Positions 1-9,807 of a DNA stretch of 64,000 nucleotides are shown piece by piece. The notes under the pieces were generated by a model, which was given only the letters and a program-made list of their open reading frames with translations, searched no databases and was not told the origin of the DNA. Location: the NCBI GenBank assembly GCA_964592405.1, contig CAZQBY010000005.1:24703-88702 (forward strand), in the 5' to 3' direction. The position numbers and the translations under genes are program-made. This DNA is from an uncultured archaeon. GTDB lineage: Archaea; Altiarchaeota; Altiarchaeia; JAFGQM01. Positions within the stretch are counted from its first letter, which is position 1; every line of letters begins with the position of its first letter.

Positions 1-507
1 TTTAGGCGACCCTTTGATGCGGATCCGTTTGAGGACTTCTTTGGTAATTTTCGCAGGATGAATGAGATGGTCAATGAGCTCATGCGCAATATGTTCCGCG
101 GAGCTGATATAAGGTCCGGCAAGCCGTTTGTCTATGGATTTTCAATAAAGACCGGGCCGGATGGCAAGCCGGTTATACGGGAATTTGGTAATGTAAAACC
201 CGGTCAGATGCCAATGGTGAGTGATGCACGCGAACCGTTGGTGGATGTGATAGAGGGGGAGAAGGATATAACAGTTATAGTCGAGCTTCCGGGGGTAGAG
301 AAGAAGGACATCAATCTTGAGGTTGTTGGTGGTGCTTTGGAGATTAAGGTGGACACCCCCCAGAAGAAGTATTATAAGTCCGTCCAGCTCCCGGACGAGG
401 TGATTGAGGATACCGCAAATGCTACTTACAACAATGGGGTGTTGGAAGTCAAACTAAGGCGCAAGACAGTGAAAAAGGAAAGAGGAAAAAGAATTAAGAT
501 AAAGTGA
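1..507 (+). CDS. hsp20: Archaeal small heat shock protein (Hsp20/alpha-crystallin), 5'-truncated by the window edge
   Basis: PFVYGFSIKTGPDGKPVIREFGN, EPLVDV and ATYNNGVLEV motifs. Frame 1 is open from position 1 (FRRPFDADPFEDFF...), so the true start is probably upstream. Confidence 0.92.
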   Translation, partial: FRRPFDADPFEDFFGNFRRMNEMVNELMRNMFRGADIRSGKPFVYGFSIKTGPDGKPVIREFGNVKPGQMPMVSDAREPLVDVIEGEKDITVIVELPGVEKKDINLEVVGGALEIKVDTPQKKYYKSVQLPDEVIEDTANATYNNGVLEVKLRRKTVKKERGKRIKIK

Positions 508-514
508 GGCGTGT

Positions 515-2692
515 GTGATGAAACTCAAGTTAAGTGTTAGGGAAGCACCCAAGAGTGATGTGGGTAGAGGGATAGTTAGAATCAGCTCTAAAGCCATGCA
601 GAAACTTGGGGCAACAAGTGGTAGTATAGTCAGTATCAAAGGTAAAAAGGAGGCCGTTGGTGTAGTATGGCGGGATATTGAGGAGGAAGGGGCTGAGGAT
701 ATAATCCGTATGGATGGTATATTGAGGAGTAACGCGGGGGTTGGCTTGGACGAGGATGTTGAGGTTCAGGTGATAGGGGCCAAATATGCCAAAAAATTGG
801 TGCTTTCACCAACACAGGCCATCCAGTATGGTTCTGGATTTGTGGAATATGTTCATGAGCGGCTCCTGAATAAGCCTTTTGTTAAGGGAAACAAAGTTCT
901 GGTGGATGTTATGGGGACTCCGCTCATGTTTGTTGTGACATCCACTGCGCCGGGAGGGGCTGTTGTCATTTCTGAGGATACCGACGTTACAATAGCCAAG
1001 AAGGTTGCTAGTGTGAAGGAAGGTGTCCCATCCGTCAGTTATGAAGATATTGGGGGTCTAAAGGAAGAAATTGAGATTATAAGGGAGATGATAGAGGTTC
1101 CGATGAAATACCCGCAGGTGTTTAAGAAGCTGGGGATTTCTCCGCCAAAGGGAGTCCTGTTGCACGGTCCTCCGGGAACCGGTAAGACGCTTCTGGCAAA
1201 GGCTGTGGCAAATGAAACAGATGCACATTTCATATATCTGGCAGGTCCGGAGATAATGAGCAAGTGGTATGGACAATCTGAGGAAAATCTAAGAAATGTG
1301 TTCAAGGAGGCTCAGGAGAATGCACCCAGTATAATATTCATTGATGAAATAGACGCTATAGCGCCTGCCAGAGAGGAGGTAAGTGGAGAGGTGGAAAAGC
1401 GGGTGGTATCCCAATTGCTGACATTGATGGATGGTCTGGAGGCTCGGGGTGAGGTAGTGGTCATTGCTGCAACCAACCGGCCTGATGCTGTTGATCCTGC
1501 CCTGCGCAGACCCGGACGTTTTGATAGAGAGCTGCAAATAGGTATACCAAACCGTGAAGCCAGAAAAGAAATACTCCAGATACATACCCGGGGTATGCCG
1601 CTGACCGAGAATGTAGATTTGGAACATCTGGCAGACATCACGCATGGATATTCTGGTGCAGATCTTGAGGCTTTGGCCAAGGAGGCTGCAATGCATGCAC
1701 TGAGAAAGGTGATGCCTGAGATAAAGAAGCTCAAGGAAAGTGAACTGACCAAGGACCTCCTAGATAGGCTACAGGTGACTGAAAAGGATTTTGAAGAAGC
1801 CATGAAAAGGGTCGAACCTTCTGCCATGAGAGAGGTGTTGGTGGATATACCCAAGGTTACTTGGAAGGATGTCGGTGGTTTAAAGGAAGTCAAGGAAGAG
1901 CTCATTGAGAGTGTTGAGTGGCCCCTGAAGTATAGCAGGGAGTTCGCAGAGGTGGGTATAAGCCCGCCAAAAGGGATTCTTTTATATGGCCCTCCGGGAA
2001 CCGGTAAGACGCTTCTGGCAAAGGCTGTGGCAAATGAAAGTTCTGCTAATTTTATAGTAGTCAAGGGCCCGGAATTGTTGAATAAGTATGTTGGGGAGAG
2101 TGAGCGCAGTGTCCGGAAGGTGTTCAAGCGCGCACGGCAGGTGGCGCCGTCAATCATATTTTTTGATGAGATAGAGTCTTTGACCGGGACAAGGGGGGTA
2201 CTAAGTGACAGTAGTGGAGTAAAGGAAAGTGTTGTTGCCCAATTGCTGAGTGAGATTGATGGTGTCTCTGAATTGAAGGATGTTGTTCTTATAGGGGCAA
2301 CCAACCGGCCTGATTTGATAGATCCTGCCCTACTCAGGCCGGGCCGGTTTGAGAAAGTGATATATGTTCCCATGCCGGACAGAGAGGCGCGCATGGAGAT
2401 ATTCAGAGTGCACACAAAGAATGTCAGGTTGCACAAGGATGTCAAACTAGATCGTTTGGTTGGCAAGACTGAAGGTTATTCGGGGGCAGATATTGAGGCA
2501 GTTGTCAGGAAGGCTGGCATGCTGGCCATACGGGATGCTATTGGTAGGAAGGGTAAAGGAAAGGGGACTAAAGTTTCCATGAAACATTTTGAGGAGGCTT
2601 TGGAGAAAGTCAAACCCAGTGTTAGTAAGGAGGAAAGTAGCAGGTATTGGAAAGGGCGAGGAGGTGCGCCTGCTGACATAAATGTGGCTTAG
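515..2692 (+). CDS. cdc48: CDC48/VAT family AAA+ ATPase
   Basis: N-domain (DVGRGIVRI, IRMDG) plus two AAA modules, each with GPPGTGKT, IIF(I/F)DEI and ATNRPD...PAL.RPGRF. The hsp20-cdc48 adjacency is typical of archaea. Confidence 0.97.
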   Translation: MMKLKLSVREAPKSDVGRGIVRISSKAMQKLGATSGSIVSIKGKKEAVGVVWRDIEEEGAEDIIRMDGILRSNAGVGLDEDVEVQVIGAKYAKKLVLSPTQAIQYGSGFVEYVHERLLNKPFVKGNKVLVDVMGTPLMFVVTSTAPGGAVVISEDTDVTIAKKVASVKEGVPSVSYEDIGGLKEEIEIIREMIEVPMKYPQVFKKLGISPPKGVLLHGPPGTGKTLLAKAVANETDAHFIYLAGPEIMSKWYGQSEENLRNVFKEAQENAPSIIFIDEIDAIAPAREEVSGEVEKRVVSQLLTLMDGLEARGEVVVIAATNRPDAVDPALRRPGRFDRELQIGIPNREARKEILQIHTRGMPLTENVDLEHLADITHGYSGADLEALAKEAAMHALRKVMPEIKKLKESELTKDLLDRLQVTEKDFEEAMKRVEPSAMREVLVDIPKVTWKDVGGLKEVKEELIESVEWPLKYSREFAEVGISPPKGILLYGPPGTGKTLLAKAVANESSANFIVVKGPELLNKYVGESERSVRKVFKRARQVAPSIIFFDEIESLTGTRGVLSDSSGVKESVVAQLLSEIDGVSELKDVVLIGATNRPDLIDPALLRPGRFEKVIYVPMPDREARMEIFRVHTKNVRLHKDVKLDRLVGKTEGYSGADIEAVVRKAGMLAIRDAIGRKGKGKGTKVSMKHFEEALEKVKPSVSKEESSRYWKGRGGAPADINVA

Positions 2693-4278
2693 TTCAATTT
2701 CGCCTCCACGGTTGTAAAAATCGGGCCTTTGAGCATTAATTCCTTCTTTTTTGATTGCAGATAGCGCATTACATGGTCGTCTATTTTTATATTCAGGTCC
2801 GGCGCCGTCTTAGCTATTTTGAACTGGTGGGAATATGATCTACCGGCTTTTGCAGCCTCTTCAATACCCGCTGCGAAATAATCGGAAATGGCGCGCAGGT
2901 AGGATATTCCGGTGTTTATCCCGTTTTTCCGTATCTCCTTCACCTTTTCGTTTTCATTGAACCCTTCTTTTGGTATGCCATAAATCCCCCCTTTGTAGAC
3001 ATATATCTCATTCATGGCGGCTGGTCCCAAAAGCCGGGTGTTGGCTTCATTTTCTAAGATCGCGACGGTCATATTCCGGCCAGCTATCTTCCCGGAAAAA
3101 ACCTCAAAGCTGCAGGGAGACGGTGCATCTGCATTCTCGGCTGCAGTTTTCTGGATGGCTTCCGAGAGTTCTCTGCCTTTTGTTGTTGTGGGGGCGCGGT
3201 CCACATGTATTGCACGCAGTATATCCTCGTCGGACAGCTCCATGGCTTGGTAAAACTGTGGAAACATTACCTCACGAACATCTGTGATGTTTTCTTTTAT
3301 CATAATTATTCTCTCTATGCCAAAGCCTGCATTGAAGGTTGGGTATTTGATATCATAGTTTGCCAAGGCTATGGGTGAGTACATGCCGATATCGGCTACC
3401 TCTATTCTCCCAGAGTTGCTTCTGGCAAAAACCTCCAATTCGCTTCCATTGGTGTAATAGGTGGAGGTTGTTTGTTTTTGTTCGTATTCAAGATCCTTGA
3501 AACCGAGAGGCCCAAGTATGCTGGCCGTTATTGCCTTCCCGGCTTCCAGCTCCATCTCTGGATCACATACGACACAGCTGGCTCCATAGTGCGCGCGCAG
3601 ATGGGTAGCATCAACCCTCTGCTCCCTCCGGAATCTCAGACCTATGGAAAAGAGTTTTATGGGGAACTCCAGTCTGTCCTGTAATGCTCTGAGTGTTGGG
3701 AACCATGCTGCAGTCATGTGACTGCGGAGAGTTGTGGTTGTCGGCTCTGCCCGCAGGTTTTTCAGTTCATCAAATAATGAGAGTATCTTGGTGGCCTGTT
3801 CTGTTTCTATGTCAAGCCTCTGTCTTATTGTTTCAACTAAATCGTCCCCCTCTATGCGACCTAGTTTATAGTCGCGGAGAACCTCCTTTAGTTTTCTGGC
3901 ATGTGTGTTGTTGAAGTTGGGGGCTACTTTTCTTATTTCCAGGATTTTTGCTTCACTTAACCCAATATCCGGGCGCGGTATGCCTGCCAGATAATAGCAA
4001 CGGTCCAGTATTGCAGGTGCCTCCGGACCATACTGTCTGTAAACTTCTTGCTCATCAATAAAGAGCGTGTTCTCAACCTCTCTAAACCCAAGCCGCAGGA
4101 AGATGGAACGGATCTTATGGACGGTATTCTGGATCGGGTGTGGTTCTGGTTTGGTTGGTTTGAGTAGTTTGGTTATGAAGGCCTTGTTTGGTTTGGGTAT
4201 CCACTTCCCGGCCTTCTTCCAAGTGCCGAAGAAATCTTTTTTGGCTTCTTCCTGAATCTTTTTGGTATTATATATCAT
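2689..4278 (-). CDS. sepS: O-phosphoseryl-tRNA(Cys) synthetase (SepRS)
   Basis: QYGPEAPAILDRCYYLAG, TLRSHMTAAWF, LFSIGLRFRREQRVDATHL, GMYSPIALANYDI and GFGIER motifs. Start moved to the ATG at 4278 (MIYNTKK) to avoid overlap with the upstream gene. Confidence 0.93.
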   Translation of the reverse strand: MIYNTKKIQEEAKKDFFGTWKKAGKWIPKPNKAFITKLLKPTKPEPHPIQNTVHKIRSIFLRLGFREVENTLFIDEQEVYRQYGPEAPAILDRCYYLAGIPRPDIGLSEAKILEIRKVAPNFNNTHARKLKEVLRDYKLGRIEGDDLVETIRQRLDIETEQATKILSLFDELKNLRAEPTTTTLRSHMTAAWFPTLRALQDRLEFPIKLFSIGLRFRREQRVDATHLRAHYGASCVVCDPEMELEAGKAITASILGPLGFKDLEYEQKQTTSTYYTNGSELEVFARSNSGRIEVADIGMYSPIALANYDIKYPTFNAGFGIERIIMIKENITDVREVMFPQFYQAMELSDEDILRAIHVDRAPTTTKGRELSEAIQKTAAENADAPSPCSFEVFSGKIAGRNMTVAILENEANTRLLGPAAMNEIYVYKGGIYGIPKEGFNENEKVKEIRKNGINTGISYLRAISDYFAAGIEEAAKAGRSYSHQFKIAKTAPDLNIKIDDHVMRYLQSKKKELMLKGPIFTTVEAKLN

Positions 4279-4298
4279 CGTGAGGGGGGTCACTTCCG

Positions 4299-5327
4299 CT
4301 ATTTGGGTTGAGGCTCCTGTGGGGCGCCGGGATATGGGGGTGGGGGTAGGGGCACCAGCGGTCGTTCTCTTCTGGAATTCATATACCAAAAGAGTAGAAT
4401 GGCAGATATTATGGTTATGATTATCATGAGCAGGTTTCTTTCATTCAGCGCATACAGGAATGCCGCGGCTATCACAATAACAACCACCCCTTCAAAAAGC
4501 CCCCATTTGGAGCGCACCTTCTCATTTTTGGCTACTGCCCCCCTGTCCCTGCTGAATACTTCTTTGCCCTTCTTTGCAATAACATCTTTCCATTTTTTGG
4601 GGGTTTTTAGGAGTTCAATATCATCTAGTAAACGATCCATCCATGTCTTGGCCCTGAGAGGTATATCATCATAGTTGATTGGGTAACCACCACACCCATC
4701 TATCCGGACGTTGTGGGTGCGCTTTTTGATGGTAAGCCAGAAGCGGTAGACTGGGGACCATATGAGTTCAAATCCGGCAACCGAGACATTGTCTTTGTCT
4801 GCCCGCAACGCTCCAGATATCTTCTGTTTGACAAAATGTTCCAATCTTGTTTCACTGATTTTTGGTTCCACTACCTTTGCATCGCCCCCTACCTGACCCA
4901 TCTCGTCGCTTAGATCTACAAGCTCAATTGGCTCATGATCCCGAAGGTCTTGCAGGTAATCTGCCAGCGCACCGGTTACAGCATCAATAGCAACCCGCCC
5001 TCCAATTTCCTCAGAATCTATGACATTCCCATTCTCATCTCGCATAACCAGTTCACAGGTATATGTAAAGAACCAGTAGGGTTGGAACAACAGTTCCCAG
5101 CCAATAACCTCATATTTCCTCTGATTCTTCTCCTTCATGAAATCCTTTAGAATGGAATTGGCAGTATCCTGATCTACCAAGGTGGGGAGCGTCAGGCGCC
5201 TCTTGACCTTCTTTTCTTTCTTCCCCTCTCCCTGCTCTTCAGTTCCCTTCCCATCCAGTCCGAATATGCTGTCTTCCAGATCTCTCACAAGATCATCAAA
5301 GTCAGCATTTTCATCTCCCTCCGGCAT
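4299..5327 (-). CDS. Hypothetical protein with two internally repeated domains and two C-terminal TM helices
   Basis: 342-aa ORF; WELLFQPYWFF...VAIDAVTG resembles FELIWSPVYRF...VRIDGCGG; hydrophobic C-terminal hairpin and Pro-rich tail. Confidence 0.75.
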   Translation of the reverse strand: MPEGDENADFDDLVRDLEDSIFGLDGKGTEEQGEGKKEKKVKRRLTLPTLVDQDTANSILKDFMKEKNQRKYEVIGWELLFQPYWFFTYTCELVMRDENGNVIDSEEIGGRVAIDAVTGALADYLQDLRDHEPIELVDLSDEMGQVGGDAKVVEPKISETRLEHFVKQKISGALRADKDNVSVAGFELIWSPVYRFWLTIKKRTHNVRIDGCGGYPINYDDIPLRAKTWMDRLLDDIELLKTPKKWKDVIAKKGKEVFSRDRGAVAKNEKVRSKWGLFEGVVVIVIAAAFLYALNERNLLMIIITIISAILLFWYMNSRRERPLVPLPPPPYPGAPQEPQPK

Positions 5328-5430
5328 AATCTAATTTAGGGGGGAGAAGTTAAAAAGCCGTTTGGGGTGTTTGGATTCGCGCTACACTACCCCCAAGCAC
5401 CACAGTAGATGTGCGCGCGCCGTTCCGGGC

Positions 5431-5808
5431 CTATTCAAACTTTCTTTTTAGTATCCTAAACCCGCCGGGAACTATAAGTATCTTTGTCTCAGAAATCCGG
5501 CCCATGTCGCCGTTTAGTTCGCTTTCGAGGTTTTTCAGGTTCCCAACGAGCTTTTTTAATGCCAGCCTGTTGGTCTGGGAAAGCGTTTCCGTGTCAAGAA
5601 TTATTACGTTTCCTTTTCTCAGCTCCCGTTCAATGTCTGCCATGACCTCTGGGGAGTTTGCGCTCAGGCTCTTGACATAGGTGTATTTGTCCTCATCAAG
5701 GAGCTCGCCCTCATGGAGGCCAATACCCTCCAGGTACTCATCTAAATCCACAACTTCATCGCTATCAGAACCCCCTTCCTCAAAACCAAGCCAGCTTTTT
5801 ATTCCCAT
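5431..5808 (-). CDS. sepF: Cell division protein SepF
   Basis: IERELRKGNVIILD, GDMGRISE and KILIVPGG match the archaeal SepF core. Amphipathic N-terminus MGIKSWLGF; start set to the ATG at 5808. Confidence 0.88.
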   Translation of the reverse strand: MGIKSWLGFEEGGSDSDEVVDLDEYLEGIGLHEGELLDEDKYTYVKSLSANSPEVMADIERELRKGNVIILDTETLSQTNRLALKKLVGNLKNLESELNGDMGRISETKILIVPGGFRILKRKFE

Positions 5809-5946
5809 TTTCGTCCCAGATTTAGTATTGTTGATTAGTCGGGGTTTGGAGAAAATCAACTTTCTCTTTTTTATCTTAGTCCACCCAAACTATACGATTT
5901 GTATCATTTATCACTAAAACTATAAAAACGTTTTCTGGGTTCCACC

Positions 5947-7182
5947 ATGGCAAGAGAAAATCTGTTCTCCAAATACCCCACAAAATATAGGATATTCAGT
6001 AACAAGGAGGCGCTATCACCACACTTCACCCCACCAAAACTGCCCTATAGGGAAAATGAAATAAAAAGTGTCGTGAATCTGATGGCCCCAGCCCTCAGAA
6101 TGGAAAAGCCTGCCAACATTTTCATCTATGGTAAGACTGGTGTCGGGAAGACCATCGTTACACGTTTCGTCTCCTCGGAGCTTCTGGAGATGTGTAAAAA
6201 ACAGGGCGTCCCACTCTACATTAGTTATATAAACAACAAGATACACGACAGCAAATACAGGGTTTTGGTCAAATTGCTGAAGGACCTGTGGGGGGCGAAC
6301 AAAGAATACTTTGAGGAACATGGGATTCGGGTACACGATTCAGGGGCCCCGCCAACAACCATTTATGAGACTATCATAGGGTTTATTGATAATCTGGGAG
6401 CGGGGCTTATTGTGGTGCTTGATGAGGTGGATGCGGTCCGCGATCTGGACAGTCTGCTGTACACACTGACACGTGCAAACGATGATGTTAAACAAGGGTT
6501 TATAACAATAATTGGGATATCCAACAACCTCTTCTTCAAAAAGAATATTGACCCGCGGAGCAAGTCCACACTGTGCGAGGAGGAACTGGTCTTCCCACCC
6601 TACAACGCCAAACAACTGACAACAATTCTGAGAGACAGGGTAAAAATGGGGTTTAAAGAAGGTAAGGTTGATCCTTCGGCCATGCGCCTGATAGCCGCAA
6701 TAGCATCCAAAGAGGGTGGGGACGCGCGCTATGCCCTTCGCCTCCTGCGTAAGGCAGGAGAGATCGCTGAGGCCACCAATGCCCGTCTTGTGAAGGTCAG
6801 TGATGTTGAAGAGGCCCAAAAAGGAGTGGAGGAGGATATTGTTCTGGAAAGCCTAAGCACGCTCCCCGACCACCAACAGATTGTCCTCATGGCTCTGGCC
6901 AATCTGGTAGAAAACGCCCAGAAAGACCTCCGTGGTGAGAAAAGAAAACAGTTTATATCAGGAGAAGTATATGATGAGTATAAAAAGACCTGCAAACAGG
7001 TGGGTGAGAAGCCAAGAAGTATGAGGTGGGTGAGAGAGTATCTGAACGATCTGGAAATGTTGGGCTTTATCTCTATGCAGTTTACCGGGAAGGGAAGTAG
7101 GGGGCAGACAAGACTTATTGAACTGGGCGAGGACCCCACAAAGATCAAACAATATATCATCAAATCCCTGAAGCTGGGCTAA
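5947..7182 (+). CDS. cdc6: Cdc6/Orc1 replication initiator
   Basis: LPYRE, Walker A YGKTGVGKT, Walker B VVLDEVD, FPPYNAKQL, GDARYAL and a C-terminal winged helix. Confidence 0.96.
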   Translation: MARENLFSKYPTKYRIFSNKEALSPHFTPPKLPYRENEIKSVVNLMAPALRMEKPANIFIYGKTGVGKTIVTRFVSSELLEMCKKQGVPLYISYINNKIHDSKYRVLVKLLKDLWGANKEYFEEHGIRVHDSGAPPTTIYETIIGFIDNLGAGLIVVLDEVDAVRDLDSLLYTLTRANDDVKQGFITIIGISNNLFFKKNIDPRSKSTLCEEELVFPPYNAKQLTTILRDRVKMGFKEGKVDPSAMRLIAAIASKEGGDARYALRLLRKAGEIAEATNARLVKVSDVEEAQKGVEEDIVLESLSTLPDHQQIVLMALANLVENAQKDLRGEKRKQFISGEVYDEYKKTCKQVGEKPRSMRWVREYLNDLEMLGFISMQFTGKGSRGQTRLIELGEDPTKIKQYIIKSLKLG

Positions 7183-8021
7183 CATATTCTAACATCCACC
7201 CCATACGCGCGCAATATGTTGGCCATACCGGCAACATGTCCAATACCAACAACCACAACCAACCTGCTTTTCTTTTTGAGGAGAGATAGTATATTACTAC
7301 ACATGTGAACATTCCGCTCTTCAACCAAGACTTTATAAGTAGCTGGAAAGCGCCGTTTGAGTGCCTGCATTAACTGGCTGACCGCCGTTCCTTCTTCCAG
7401 TTCTTTAACCTGCGCCCCACAACCAAATAAGGGGCCCGGCCCGGCCCCAAACCTGACTAGAACCGGCCGCAACAGCAGAAATACGAGAGCAGCAACAACA
7501 TTAACCCCCAACCACATTCTCTCCCACAGGGACATGTTTTTTAACAGGCGGTTGAGGCTGATTCGAATCGGCCGGTCTATAAGCGCAACAGACACCCCCG
7601 CCTGCTGTGCAGCCTGAATGGCTGAGAGCATTTCAATACCGGGAACAACTCCAAACATCCTACCAATTTCCCACTGTAGCCACCCCATTAAACCAACCAA
7701 ACTTACCAACCCTCCTGCGCGTGGTGAATAGCGGAAGTGACCCCCCTCTTCCATTTCCTGCAGGGCAAGGAACCTTTGCCGGTCCAGCTCAACACAAACA
7801 ACATCTGGTGATACCATGTCAATAATATCCATCACCCTTCTTGCACTCTTCTGCGAGATGTGGACCGTGCCTACAAGGTATACATATTTGGCCTCATACC
7901 TTTCTCTCTTGCCCTTGTGAACCCTCCTTTTATTTGTTCCTTTAACCATTCCTGTTCCCTGCATCCCAAACCCATTACTATCACAAACAAGAAAAACTAA
8001 ACCCTCGGACACCCGAGCCAT
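7179..8021 (-). CDS. TraB/PrgY family protein (start uncertain, possibly about 7949)
   Basis: YLVGTVHIS, VCVELDRQR, PGIEM, LIDRPI, LVEERN and VVVGIGHVAG are TraB-family motifs. Confidence 0.85.
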   Translation of the reverse strand: MARVSEGLVFLVCDSNGFGMQGTGMVKGTNKRRVHKGKRERYEAKYVYLVGTVHISQKSARRVMDIIDMVSPDVVCVELDRQRFLALQEMEEGGHFRYSPRAGGLVSLVGLMGWLQWEIGRMFGVVPGIEMLSAIQAAQQAGVSVALIDRPIRISLNRLLKNMSLWERMWLGVNVVAALVFLLLRPVLVRFGAGPGPLFGCGAQVKELEEGTAVSQLMQALKRRFPATYKVLVEERNVHMCSNILSLLKKKSRLVVVVGIGHVAGMANILRAYGVDVRIC

Positions 8022-8123
8022 GTCTCAAAAAACATGCGTCAGACAACACTAAAGAGGCCGAATTGACAAAGCTTTTTATACCTTTCTTCATAAACATTAA
8101 GGAACTTAAACCTTGGGTGAAAA

Positions 8124-8411
8124 ATGAGCATCAAAATATCGGAGCTGTATGGGACCGAAATATACACAAGCAAAGCCAAACACATCGGCAAGGTCGAAGA
8201 CATAATCCTCAACCTGCAGAAGGGCGAGATAATGAGAATCACGCTCGCTCCACTAAAAAGTGGCTTCCTTTCCAAAAGCAAGGTAGAAGAGATACTCAAG
8301 GAAAACAGCATTAGCTATCAGGATGTTGAGGAGGTTGGAGACATTGTCTTGGTGAAGCCCACCGTGCGCGCCGCAACTGCAGCAGCCAAGGGCGGGGCAC
8401 ACAGACACTAA
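8124..8411 (+). CDS. PRC-barrel domain protein (CdpB2-like)
   Basis: ISELYGTEIYT...IGKVEDIILN...VEEVGDIVLV PRC-barrel pattern. Confidence 0.85.
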   Translation: MSIKISELYGTEIYTSKAKHIGKVEDIILNLQKGEIMRITLAPLKSGFLSKSKVEEILKENSISYQDVEEVGDIVLVKPTVRAATAAAKGGAHRH

Positions 8412-8457
8412 CTTCCCACCCCAATTTTATAACACTCTACTGCTAAGTCTAGCCTAA

Positions 8458-9807
8458 ATGGTTCTTGACAAGCTCTCCTCAGGCCTGCAGAGGGTCCTAG
8501 AGCGTATTAGGGGGTCTGGTGTAGTCGACAGGACCACAGTCAGGGAGATAGTCAAGGAAATACAGAAGACGCTCATCTCAGCAGACGTCAAGATAGAGCA
8601 AGTCTTTGAAATATCAAGAATCATTGAGGAAAAAGCTCTAAAAGAGCGCCTGCCCGCCGGCATCCCACGAAAGGAACACCTTATAAAAGTGGTTTATGAG
8701 GAGATATCCAGACTAATGGGGGGCGAGGAAGCAAGATTCGAGCTGGACCCCAAAAAGCAAAACAGGATAATACTTGTGGGGGTTCAGGGTTCCGGAAAGA
8801 CAACACAGGCTGCCAAACTAGCAAAATATCTAATGAAAAAGGGATTTAAACCAGCCCTGATATGCGCAGACAAATTCCGTCCCGGTGCATTGGAGCAACT
8901 ACAGCAGCTCGGCAGGGAGATTAATGTTCCAGTTTACGGGGAGCAGGATGAGAAGAAGCCTTGGAACATTGCCAAGAGAGGGCTGGAGTACTTCAAAGAT
9001 AAAAACGTTGTTATAATAGATTCAGAGGGGCGACATTCGCTGGATAGAGATCTTATGGATGAGATAGAACACCTGCATAAGGAGGTCAAACCTGATTACA
9101 CATTACTGGTCCTGGATTCCACAATAGGCCAGCAGGCAGAGGTCCAAGCGCGCGCATTTAAGGAGCGCGCAGGCGTAAATGGCATCATACTCACAAAATT
9201 GGATGGTTCGGCCAAGGGTGGTGGCGGCATATCGGCATGTGCTGCAACAGGAGCTCCTGTTTTTTTCATAGGAGTTGGTGAGCGCATAGATGATTTGGAG
9301 CGGTTTGACCCAAAGGCATTTGTTGGCCGTCTGATGGGGTTTGGCGACATTAAGGGGTTGCTGCAGAAGTTTGAAGAGCACGTAGAAGAAGAGGAGCTCG
9401 AAGATATAGCAAAGCGGATGATGGCCGGCAAGTTCACCCTCCTAGATGTTTATCACCAACTGGAGCACGTCAAGAAACTTGGGCCTCTGAACAAGGTGGC
9501 CGAGATGCTCCCCGGGTTTGGTAAAATAAGTGGCACCAAACTCCTCCCAAAGGAGGTACTCAATGTGCAGGAGGAAAAACTCAAAAGATTCAGACCAATC
9601 CTACAGTCAATGACCTACCATGAACTCGAAAACCCAAAACTAAACCGTTCACGCGTTGAGAGAATAGCTGCCGGCTCTGGGACAGAACCCGAAGATGTGC
9701 GCGCACTTATACAACAATACAACCAAATGCGTGCGGGCTTCAAAAGACTCCGCAAGGACAGACGGTTTGCCAAAATGTTTAAATCAATGGCAGGCGAGGC
9801 GGCGTGA
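8458..9807 (+). CDS. srp54: Signal recognition particle protein SRP54
   Basis: GVQGSGKTT, DSEGRH, TKLDGSAKGGG and FIGVGE in the NG domain; M-domain FTLLD and SRVERIAAGSG. Confidence 0.97.
   Translation: MVLDKLSSGLQRVLERIRGSGVVDRTTVREIVKEIQKTLISADVKIEQVFEISRIIEEKALKERLPAGIPRKEHLIKVVYEEISRLMGGEEARFELDPKKQNRIILVGVQGSGKTTQAAKLAKYLMKKGFKPALICADKFRPGALEQLQQLGREINVPVYGEQDEKKPWNIAKRGLEYFKDKNVVIIDSEGRHSLDRDLMDEIEHLHKEVKPDYTLLVLDSTIGQQAEVQARAFKERAGVNGIILTKLDGSAKGGGGISACAATGAPVFFIGVGERIDDLERFDPKAFVGRLMGFGDIKGLLQKFEEHVEEEELEDIAKRMMAGKFTLLDVYHQLEHVKKLGPLNKVAEMLPGFGKISGTKLLPKEVLNVQEEKLKRFRPILQSMTYHELENPKLNRSRVERIAAGSGTEPEDVRALIQQYNQMRAGFKRLRKDRRFAKMFKSMAGEAA

Noticed and set aside
1312-2466. 384-aa antisense ORF; similar ones at 53882-54595, 55098-55913 and 56373-57302
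   Set aside because: Shadow frames opposite better-supported genes, with no motifs of their own.
5362-5396. tRNA-like fragment or hairpin TTGGGGTGT...ACACTACCCCCAA
   Set aside because: No cloverleaf or T-loop; at most a terminator-like hairpin after sepF.
5809-5946. Replication origin upstream of cdc6
   Set aside because: Short AT-rich divergent promoter region with no recognisable ORB repeat (TCCA-N-TGGAAAC plus G-string).
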